Below are positions 8,901-18,000 of a stretch of DNA of 24,668 nucleotides, in pieces (within the stretch, counting starts at the first letter, position 1; each line of letters starts with the position of its first letter). The notes under the pieces are model-generated. The model searched no databases. It worked only from the letters and a program-made list of their open reading frames with translations, and had not been told where the DNA came from. This stretch comes from a virus. Lineage: Duplodnaviria; Caudoviricetes. The position numbers were made by a program, and so were the translations under genes. The DNA lies in IMG/VR virus record IMGVR_UViG_3300017914_002937, positions 1-24,668 of that record. The stretch is one strand, 5' to 3'.

Positions 8901-9185
8901 GGAGGTATTGCAAGCGGTCCTCAATCAGGGTACCCTGCTGTACTTCATGGAACAGAAGCAATCGTACCTTTACCCAACGGAAAATCCATACCTGTAGAAA
9001 TGCAAAGTGGCGGTCAAAGTGTAAACAACGTTACTGTTAATGTAAGTTCTGATGGAGGAACTCAATCTTCTGCAAATAACGGAGAGGCTTCTAATTTAGG
9101 AAAAGTTATTGCTGCCGCAGTTCAAAAAGAACTACATAATCAAAAAAGAGCAGGAGGAATCCTGAATAAGCATGGAGCAGCATAA
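5952..9185 (+). CDS. Tape measure protein
   Basis: 1077 aa, Ala/Leu/Glu-rich and helical, with two hydrophobic segments; T5 pb2-like RLLRGVSKAEPELLDELGITLRL; lambdoid-type C-terminus (YAVGG...HGTEAIVPL...KRAGGIL); follows the chaperones. Confidence 0.95.
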   Translation: MAKGIEIDIKVNGKMQKATISAKKLNDALKQTGKSAISADRQVKGLAQASANGSKNFAKMAQGITGGLVPAYAAFAAQVFALTAAFNFLKNAADLENLRKSQVTFAQSSGLAIRSVTRELRDASNGMLGFQEAAQAAAIGVAKGFSTAQLTELTEGAAKAAGALGRNFDDTFDRLLRGVSKAEPELLDELGITLRLEEATQRYADAIGKSRDSLTSAERSQAVFAETMRQLNDTFGDQEVMVNPFIQLAKTFEEIVQTITQKMMPVFTGLANLINENATAASIAFGALAAMVVANIAGLGPALKRILFGVVGVFTGSAKKIGGAFSFIGNSVGGKISDAAKSAVYEIEFAELELAERLESLGGDKSKDAAGKLKGTGVKSKTVEKLALGQDVTPRALGRLKKDLERVKKEIQDTGKVAKGAFAGATLEAVEELEEEIDKIGKTSLTTSEKIRKKLGKGTIKVLDGVRKTARITGIAIRGIGTGAGYAVKGVKLLGKAFGVLGIIVTVVSSVITAMEKLAETPITVIDNFKKFLSGLIKGFQTALNLIASGLNSLLDNSIVREVLGIEEGQRIIGEFTFANNIDETLNAMEAKILTKLGTSREQLQEVEDGTNAQREHEAAIADLRDRYKELAEEINSITTGINAQEDAFKKTGQIATGIATLPIAEAIRRAKKDGDTQAAFDELLGDVDFSAFGEAFSSAVASRDLEEIGKLQVAAISYNASLAGIKNASASLRKDIGTGDPLGARILLAQLIATAEAGDAAAKTLGEEGGLLDLLNKEAGTDAKGLLDTLTNLAEQSERIKNAKSNLAIRREQSSRAPGAVGRQQGLGFAAEAANLAVAEKQVALEQLIAANQNLQGAELLAHQQVVAQSEREIALLQQKAEIAEENTTEIAQLGMAVGNSLASGMQSAFDGLIQGTMTAKEAFSNMAQSMLQAIAKVITELLVAKVLTAALGGTGFGDFLGIGNRYGGVMSNGKKAPGYAVGGIASGPQSGYPAVLHGTEAIVPLPNGKSIPVEMQSGGQSVNNVTVNVSSDGGTQSSANNGEASNLGKVIAAAVQKELHNQKRAGGILNKHGAA

Positions 9186-9604
9186 TGGCAACTTTTAGCT
9201 TTACAATACCTGCAAGTGACGTAAATTCTATAAAAGGTATTTCAAATGGAGCCGCTTTTGAAGCAACTGCAGATAGAGGGATGTCACGAGCTTCAAAGCA
9301 TAATGTATTAACTGCAAAGTTTGGGGATGGGTACGAACAAAGAGTGCTAGACGGAATTAACACTAAACAAGATACTTTTAATATAGCTTTCGCTAATAGA
9401 ACAGCAGAAGATATAAATTTAATTGCAGGATTTTTAGATGATAAAGCAGGAAAAAACTTTAATTTTGTTATAACGGATACTTTTAGTTCGGGAAATTTAA
9501 CTACAAGCACTTTAAAAGTAGTATGTGATAGTTATAATGTAAATTATGTTAGAGAAAACTTTCATTCCTTAGACTGTCAACTACGAAGAGTATATGAGCC
9601 CTAA
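9185..9604 (+). CDS. Distal tail protein, lambda gpM-like
   Basis: KFGDGYEQR..DGIN signature; TAATG overlap with the tape measure stop. Confidence 0.9.
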   Translation: MATFSFTIPASDVNSIKGISNGAAFEATADRGMSRASKHNVLTAKFGDGYEQRVLDGINTKQDTFNIAFANRTAEDINLIAGFLDDKAGKNFNFVITDTFSSGNLTTSTLKVVCDSYNVNYVRENFHSLDCQLRRVYEP

Positions 9605-9606
9605 TT

Positions 9607-10587
9607 ATGACGGATTTAATAGATACAGTACAACTACAGGAAGTAGATGACTCTTATGTTGAGTTATTTGATATAACTTTACCTAGTGGTACTAAAGTAT
9701 ATCTTTTTAATGGACTAGATGACGGCTCAAACAATATTTATTTTCCGCAAAAAACTGCTGTTGGGTCAGTATACCCCTTAAAAGAATATGTTGCATTACC
9801 CATACAAATAGAAGGAGTGGAACTAAATGGGGCAGGTGCTATAGCTAGACCTTCTTTAAGAGTAGCAAATATACCTACTCTTACTCGTTCAATTTCTAAT
9901 AATGATGACGGAACAAGTGATGAAGAGACTCTATACTCCATACTTGTAGACGAAGGTCTATTAAAAAATGAAGATTTACTAAATAGTAGAATTACTTATA
10001 GAAGAACCTTACTTTCTAACACTTATCGAAGTACAGATTCAAATCCTTCTTCTTCGCCTGTAGAGTTTCCTTCTCAAACTTATGTAGTGGATAGGGTAGC
10101 TTCTGAAGACAGTATAATGGTAGAATTTGAATTAGCAAGCCCTATTGACGTAGAGGGCGTAAAGCTGCCAGGTAGAGTAGTAATTGGAAGATACTGTGTG
10201 TGGAGATACCAAGGAGGCCTTTTAAATAATGAAGGAGGCTGTAACTGGGCTTTAGACGGTAATGGAAGATTTTTTGATGAAAAAGACCAATTAATTACTA
10301 GAAATATTTCTAGCATTGCTACTTGGTCTAATTCTAGTACTTACGCAAAAGATGCTAAAGTAAAAACAATTACCAGCGGGCATACTGAGATTTGGGAAGC
10401 ATTAAGAGCTGTTCCTGCAAATAAAAACCCTTCAACACACAAAACTTATTGGAAAAGACTTGACGTTTGTTCTAAAACTCTTACAGGATGTAAAAAGCGT
10501 TTTCAAGGAAATAATACAGATGATACTTTAAATACTACAGTATCGTTACCTTTTGGTGGATTCCCCGGATCGAGAAAGTTTAAGTGA
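9607..10587 (+). CDS. Tail tip protein, lambda gpL-like (four Cys, predicted Fe-S cluster)
   Basis: YVALPIQIEG, VEFELASPID, CVWRY...C...CSKTLTGCKKRF and terminal FGGFPG motifs. Confidence 0.92.
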   Translation: MTDLIDTVQLQEVDDSYVELFDITLPSGTKVYLFNGLDDGSNNIYFPQKTAVGSVYPLKEYVALPIQIEGVELNGAGAIARPSLRVANIPTLTRSISNNDDGTSDEETLYSILVDEGLLKNEDLLNSRITYRRTLLSNTYRSTDSNPSSSPVEFPSQTYVVDRVASEDSIMVEFELASPIDVEGVKLPGRVVIGRYCVWRYQGGLLNNEGGCNWALDGNGRFFDEKDQLITRNISSIATWSNSSTYAKDAKVKTITSGHTEIWEALRAVPANKNPSTHKTYWKRLDVCSKTLTGCKKRFQGNNTDDTLNTTVSLPFGGFPGSRKFK

Positions 10588-11273
10588 TAGAAGAGATACA
10601 GCAACATTTTGAAAAAGAATATCCTCGAGAAGGTTGTGGACTGATAGGAATTGTAAAAGGAAAAAAGAGATTTTTTCCTTGCAAAAATGTAGCTATCGAC
10701 GAAAACGACTTTATAATGTCTTCTGTAGATTACATGAAATATAAAAAAGTAATGGATATTGTAGGAATAGTTCATAATCACCCAGACGGAAGTAACAAAC
10801 CAAGCAAAGCAGATATAGATAATTGCAATGCGGTAGGAATACCATATTACATATTTAGTTATCCAGAAATGGAACTAAATATTTTAGAGCCTAAACTCAA
10901 TGTTAATCCTTTATTAGGTAGAGAATACTGTTTTGGTATTAGAGATTGTTTTGAAGCAATGAGAGATTGGCTAGCTTCAGAAGATATACATATACCTCCT
11001 CGTGATCTTTTTGAAGATGACTGGTGGGAAAAGGGGCTTAATTATTTTACAGAAGAAAATATTAAAAATTGGAATCACAAAAAAGTAAATACTCCACAAA
11101 AAAATGACGTTTTAATTTTTCAAATAGAGGCAGATGTACCTAACCATTGTGGAGTGTACTTAGGGGAGGATGTCTTTTTTCATCATGCAGTAAATAGACT
11201 TTCATGCCGAGAGTCTTTATTTCCTTTTTGGAGAGAGCACATCGTAGGAATTTATAGATATGACAATTCGTAA
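10584..11273 (+). CDS. Tail tip assembly protein, lambda gpK-like (JAB/MPN plus NlpC/P60 domains)
   Basis: YPREGCG...HNHP...PSKAD JAMM motif; LLGREY.FG.RDC...HCGVYLG...HH NlpC/P60 motif; GTGA overlap with gpL. Confidence 0.92.
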   Translation: MIEEIQQHFEKEYPREGCGLIGIVKGKKRFFPCKNVAIDENDFIMSSVDYMKYKKVMDIVGIVHNHPDGSNKPSKADIDNCNAVGIPYYIFSYPEMELNILEPKLNVNPLLGREYCFGIRDCFEAMRDWLASEDIHIPPRDLFEDDWWEKGLNYFTEENIKNWNHKKVNTPQKNDVLIFQIEADVPNHCGVYLGEDVFFHHAVNRLSCRESLFPFWREHIVGIYRYDNS

Positions 11274-12075
11274 AGTATATTTAGAAGGTGAAATGGGAGA
11301 GTTGTTCCGAAAAGAACTAAATATTTCTGCAGACTCTTTTCCGGAAGTTTTTAAGTGTTTGAAATGTAATTTTGAAGGTTTTATGCCGTATCTTCAAAAG
11401 TGTCATGATAATAATATAGGTTTTATATGCGAAGTAGCAGGTAAGCCTATAAAACATGAGTCCGAATTACTTTTATTATACAAAGAAGGAGATATGATTA
11501 TTACTCCTTTACCTGCAGGTTCTAAAAGTGGTGGCGCAAAATTGCTAGCCGCCGTAGCCATTACAGTAATGACAGCAGGCATGGGAGCAGCGGCAGCGGC
11601 AGGTACAAGTTTTACAGGAGGACTAGGTTTAGTTTTTGGTAGTGGAGGAGCTTTTGCCGCAGGATTACAAGCAGCAGTTAGTGCAGGAGGCTTAGCAGGT
11701 GTTTTAGCAACATCTGCTTTAGGTGTTGCAGTTAATCTTGCTATGGCAGGATTACAACAAACAATGGCTCCTGATCCTTCTACAGATAGTCAACAAGATG
11801 AGAGTTATGTTTTTCAAGGCTCAAAGCAAAACATAGCAGAAGGAGACCCAGTTCCTATATTGTATGGAGAATTAAGAGTTCCAGGAAGAACCGTAAGTTT
11901 TCATACAAGAGCAGAACAAACAGCATTTTACAATAATAATTCTAGAGCCGTTTCATCAGAAAGTGGGTCTAACACGTATAATGAGGCAGTAAGTCAGCAA
12001 GCAGGCGGAAATAGTAGCGCAGGAAATGGTGGAATTAATTATTATCTTCCAGAGTTTATAAGCGATCCCCACTAA
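11260..12075 (+). CDS. Tail tip assembly protein, lambda gpI-like
   Basis: Ubiquitin-like N-terminal domain ending IITPLPAGSKSG, Gly/Ala hydrophobic stretch, SYVF...EGDPVPILYGELRVPG motif. Confidence 0.88.
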   Translation: MTIRKVYLEGEMGELFRKELNISADSFPEVFKCLKCNFEGFMPYLQKCHDNNIGFICEVAGKPIKHESELLLLYKEGDMIITPLPAGSKSGGAKLLAAVAITVMTAGMGAAAAAGTSFTGGLGLVFGSGGAFAAGLQAAVSAGGLAGVLATSALGVAVNLAMAGLQQTMAPDPSTDSQQDESYVFQGSKQNIAEGDPVPILYGELRVPGRTVSFHTRAEQTAFYNNNSRAVSSESGSNTYNEAVSQQAGGNSSAGNGGINYYLPEFISDPH

Positions 12076-12085
12076 GGAGCAGTAA

Positions 12086-15000
12086 ATGGTAGCAAAAAAA
12101 GGCGAAAGCTCACAAAATATATCAAGAACAGATATTCTATGCGAAGGACCAGTAAAGGGCTTAAAGCATGGAGCAGCTTCTATATTTTTAAACGATGTTG
12201 CATCAGATGATTCAACTCTTCGTGCTTATGAGCCTGTACAAACAGCAACTAGTGGTAGAATTACTTTTAATGGAAGTAGCGCTACTAATACTGGAATAAC
12301 CGGTGCTTCTCTTCCTACAAATTTAAGAAATGATGGAAGAGTACCTCGTAAAGTAACTTTAATTGACTATAAAACAACAAATGTTACACTATCTAGTGTT
12401 TCAGAAAGCGGAGGTAACACAACTTTAACTTGCACTGCTTCTTCTGGAACTCCTTTTACAGATACTTCTTGGAACACAACTACAGCAACAGCAACAAGGA
12501 AAGCTTTCTTAAAAAGAGATGGCGTAGAAATTGCTGGTGTTTTTGAAAAAACAAGTTCCAGCGCAGGTACTTTTTTCTTTTGGGGCGTATCTGATGTTAT
12601 AGATACTGCAGAAACTCATACTCTTCAAGTATCTTACTCCTTCTTTTTAGATGAAATTAACAGCTCAAGCTCCTTAACTTTATTGACAACTCCAGCTTCT
12701 GGCACTTATTACTTTAGAATAGAAGCCCAGCAGCAAGGAAATAACAGAAACAGTTTTAGAAAAAAGATAGACGGAATACAGGCTCAGTTTCGTCCTGGAG
12801 GAAGATACCAAAATCCTTTAGACGAGATTGGAGGTGTTGGCGGGTCAGTAGCAGGAACACAAAGCGTAAATCATGAACTAAAAGTTATAGGAACTGGAGA
12901 AATATCAGGAATAAGTCCTGTATCTGAAATATTACCTACAGGTACAACGATGGAATCAGGCCTTCCTGACGACTCTCAAAATGATGTAGCCTCAGCTGCT
13001 ACTGTATTAGCAGATACTGCATTTGGAATCACTGCAGCTCAACGTCCTGAAGTAGATGAAATAAGTATACGTATTACTTATCCCGGTGGTTTACAATCTA
13101 TGAATAATAACAAAGGACGAAGAGACCCTGCTTATGCTCGTTACTTAATTCAAATACAAACTACTTTAAACGGTATTAGTAGTGACTGGGAAAATGCTTT
13201 TCCTGATGCAGGAGCTTACGTAGAGCATACTGGAAGAACCAATGCAGCATACTCTTTTGACCATGTATTAGGGGTTAATCAATATCGTCCTTTTGATAGT
13301 TTCAAAATTCGAATTATTAGACTTACTCGACACATAGGTCTTCGTGTAAATGAAAAAGGCCATGGAGATGGAGTAACAGATAAAGAAAAGTGGACTCTTA
13401 TTGCAAAATCAAAAGTAGACCAACTTGGCTTTGTAATTAAAGATAGGTTGTCCTATCCATATACTTCTCTTGTTTCTACTTCATTTTCTTCAAAACAGTA
13501 CCAAGAGCCTCCAAAAATGTCGTATCTTATGCAGGGATTACTTGTAAAAGTTCCTTCAACTTATACGCCTCGAGAATATTCAGGAGATGGTATAGCAAAA
13601 TATGAAGAGTTTTGGGACGGTACTTTTAAGACCGAGCTTCAGTACACTGACAACCCTGCTTGGGTATTTTATGATATTGTAACAAATAATCGGTACGGGG
13701 CAGGAAAGTGGATACGAGAATCAGATATTGATAAGTATGCACTTTATCGTATTGCACGATATTGTGATGAACTAGTAGATAACGGAGCAGGTGGCACAGA
13801 ACCTCGTTTTCGTGCTAACGTATTTTTAACAAAAGCAACTGATGTATACAAAGTATTAAAAGATTTTGCAAGTATTTTTACGGGAATGCTATATTGGATG
13901 GATAGTAGTTTAGTTGCTGTACAAGATTCGCCTGCTGATCCTGTTTACAATTTTACAAAAGGTAACGTAATTGAAGGCAAATTTTCTTATGAGTCTACAG
14001 GCTTAAAAACACGTCCTAACCAAATAGTAGTTACTTGGAACGACCCTGAATCAAACTATGAACCTGTACCTATTATAATAGAAGATAGAGAAGCTATTGT
14101 AAGAGATAGAAGAATATTAAAAGAGGATGCTACAGCTTTTGGATGTACTTCGGAGGCTCAAGCAATTCGTTATGGTAGGTGGAAGCTATGGACAGCTCAA
14201 AAACAAACAGAAATTATTAGTTTTAGATCTGCTCTTAACTCTCTGTATATTAAACCGGGAGATATAGTAAATGTACAAGACGCTGATAGAGAAGGAGTAC
14301 AGTACAGTGGTAGAGTAGCTTCTGCAACTAATACTTCTGTAGTACTCGATCGCTCAGTGACTTTAAATTCCGGTAGCACGTATACTTTAAGCACTCTCGT
14401 AACAGAATCAGCAGCGTTTTACGTTGGAGAGGATGATGTCACAGTAAATTCAATTACTTATTCTCGAGGAGATAGAATCCCACAAGCATATGTGTACTCT
14501 AGTGGTTCTTACTCTTTAATAGATTTGAATACAGAGGCACGGGCGTCTAATGCTTTTGAAGACTCTTCAGGTAGTAATCTTCTTCCAATCGTTTGGAAAG
14601 AGTACTCTTTTGTGCAAGAAGATGCAGTTACAACTTCCGCAAGTACAACGAATACTTTAGATGTTACTTCTTTTGGTACAACTCCGTCCGCTAGCACAAT
14701 ATGGTCATTGAAAGAGGTTGCAGATAGTTTAAATGTTACTGGGTCTTACAAACAGTACAAAGTTCTTTCTATAACTCAAGACAAGCCAAATGAATATGCT
14801 TTTTCTGCTGTAGAGCACTATAATGAAAAGTATGGGGCAGTTGATAATGGATATGCTACTTCCGATATACCTACTACAATATATGTAGAAGCAGAACCTC
14901 GAGACGGAGAAACCGAAATGGCGGCTCCTACAAGTCCTCGAGTAATTTTAGAATCAGACCCTGATAAACCAGGAGAAGAAATTAAAGTAGAGTGGCAAGC

Positions 15001-18000
15001 AAGTACTTCTGATTTTGTAGAAAGCTATGAAGTATTACATAACATTCCTGATATAGAAAATCCTTTAAGAACTTCTCAAACATTTTTACGCATTACGGGT
15101 ATTACTAGTGATAGGCTTACTTTTGAAGTACGAGCAGTATCTACTGGAGGAAATTATTCTCCGTATGCAAAAGTATCTTATACTTTCTTAGACCCTTACG
15201 AAGATGCTATTCCACGAGTTGCTCAAGGTATTCCAAGTGGAGGTTTTTCTTCGGCACAGCTTATTGTAACTGCTCTTAATACTTTGCAGTTCCAAGCAAC
15301 AAATACACAAGTATCTACTCCGTCCGATCCAGAGACTATTTATACTCTTACAGGAAGTACAAACGTTGCAAATATTAGTGCAGACGAAGACTATTTAGTA
15401 TACCTTGATACAAGCGTACCAGCACTAAAGATTTTATACTATGATACAGAATCTTTATCTTCTTCGTTTTACTACGATGTAGGTTCAGGTAATACTCCGC
15501 TTTCCTCCTCGTGGACTTCAATCGGAAGTGTCAGTGTTAGTGCAAATAGTAATACTGTTACTGGTTCTGGATTTTTAACTAATGTTATAATCGGAGATGT
15601 CCTTAATTTGGCAGGAACTACTTCGCCCACAGATTTGGCAGATGGCGCTGTAGTTATTGATGTAGTATCTGATACAGAACTTCGAATTGATAAAATCTTT
15701 GATACAGCAAAATCTTCTGTCACAGCATACAGAGCAAACTTTAGACCTGGCTATCTCGATGACACTATTATTGGAAAGTTGAGAAAAACTGAAAGTACAG
15801 TCAAGCTTACTAGCCTACTAACTTTGCGTACTATAGTAGATGGTATTACTCTCAGTACAGGAGATGATGGAACTACAGAAGTTCCAGACGGCGCAATTAC
15901 TGTAGACAAACTTGCAGCAAACTCTATCACTGCTGACAAAATTCAAGCAAACGCAATTACTGCTCGTGAAATTGATGCAGACTCAATCAATGCAAATCAC
16001 ATTGTAGCAGGAGAGATTACTGCGGATGCTATTGCAGCAAATGCAATTACAGCTGATAAAGTTACAGCTAACTCAGTTGTTGCTACATTATTGACAGCAA
16101 GTGCGGTAACAGCAACTGAAATTAGTACAACAAATCTTTCATCAATTAGTGCAAACATTGGAGATATTACTGCAGGAACTTTAAAGGGCGGAAACATACC
16201 AGATGCAAACGCGGCTCCAGGAACAGGAGAAAGTGGTGCTTTCTTGAACCTTACTGGCGGTAAAATGGTATTTGGCAACGAAAGCAAGTACGTATTGTTT
16301 GATGGAACAAATCTTGAGTTGAATGGTGTAGTTATTGATGCAACTTCTACTGTAAATGCTACTGCGACTCCCGAACTTATTGTAAAAGAAGACAGTACAA
16401 CTGAAGTAAGTGATGCTAGTGCTCTTAATTTTACAAGTGGACTGAATGTTGCAGTTTCTGGCACAGAAGCAACTATTAGTATTGATACTCCGACAGATAA
16501 TAACTTTACAAACGCTCTTTTGTCTAAACTTAACGGTATTGAAAGTGCCGCAACAGGAGATCAAACAGCGGCAGAAATTCGTTCTCTTGTAGAGAGTGCT
16601 TCTGACTCAAATGTATTTACAGATGCGGATCATACAAAACTCAATAATATAGAAGCGGGTGCAACAGGAGATCAAACAGCAGCAGAAATACGAGCACTTG
16701 TAGCTTCAGCATCTGACTCAAATGTGTTTACAGATGCAGACCATAGTAAGCTTGATGGAATAGAAAGTGGTGCTACAGCTGACCAAAGTGCTGCAGAAAT
16801 ACGTGCACTCGTAGAAAGCGCTTCAAACTCAAACGTATTCACAGATGCAGACCATACTAAACTCAATGGAATTGCTGCAGGTGCAAATGCTTATGTACTT
16901 CCAACGAATAATGTTACAAATGCCTCTGTAAGTGGTAGCACTCTTACTCTTACTCGAGAAGGTGCAGGGAATGTAACATTTACTGATACAAATACTCAGT
17001 ACAGCGCAGGCTCTGGTTTAGGACTATCAGGTACTACATTTAGTGTAGATAGTACTGTTGTTCGTACAACTGGAACACAGTCGATTGCTGGTAATAAAAC
17101 ATTTACAGGTGATGTAACATTTAACGGAACCACTACATATATTAACACTACAACTCTGAATGTCGGTGACAATATTATTACTTTGAATGCTGACTTTACT
17201 GGGAGTAATCCGACTGAAAGTGCGGGAATAGAAGTAGAGCGAGGAACACAAACAAATAAAACATTTATTTGGAAAGAAAGTAGCGATCGATGGTCATTTG
17301 GTAGCGAATCTGTAGAAGCAGGAACATTCTTTGGTAGTTTTATTGGTAGTGTAACAGGTTCTCCTTCTTCTCTTGCGGGACTAAGTACTGATGACCTTGC
17401 AGAAGGCTCTACAAATCTTTACTTTACAAATACTCGTGCTCGAGGAGCTTTATCTGGCGGCACCGGTATTAGTTATAATAATACTACTGGTGCAATCACA
17501 AACTCTGCTCCTGATCAAACAGTAACTCTTACAGGAGGCGGCGCTACTTCTATATCTGGCACTTATCCAAACTTTACCATTTCTTCTACAGATACGAACA
17601 CTGTTCCAAATAACGCAACCATTACTATTAGTGCTGGAACAGATTTAAGCACGGGAGGAGACTTTACTACAGATCAAGACTTTGCTGAAACAATTACTAT
17701 TAATCACGCAAACATTACTCGTACGAATAATACTTCTTCTGTATCTCCAGGATATGGAGCAAGCTTTACAGCAATTGATAGTATTACTACAAATACTCGC
17801 GGCCACGTTACTGCTGTAAATACAAAGACTATTACAATTCCTGCTTCTGATAATACGGATACAAATACAGTTACACAAATTCGAGAAGATTCAGGAACTT
17901 ATCGCACAGGAAATATTACTCTTCAGTCCGGTACAAATGTTAGTATAACAGAGTCGTCTGCAGGCGTATTTAACTTTGCGGCTACTGATACAAACACTAC

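Noticed and set aside
10584-11273. JAB plus ubiquitin-like gene pair as a defence or ubiquitin-conjugation system
   Set aside because: The JAB-NlpC/P60 gene followed by a ubiquitin-like gene is the ordinary lambda gpK-gpI tail assembly pair in its usual position.
16526-16888. CRISPR-like array
   Set aside because: The units are contiguous, in-frame 111-nt coding repeats with synonymous variation and no spacers.
4119-17010. AGCGCAGG at 4119, 12016, 12560 and 17003, resembling the GCGC-core nick sites of T5 DNA
   Set aside because: All four are in-frame Ser-Ala-Gly codons, so protein sequence explains them; nothing in the window supports nicking.
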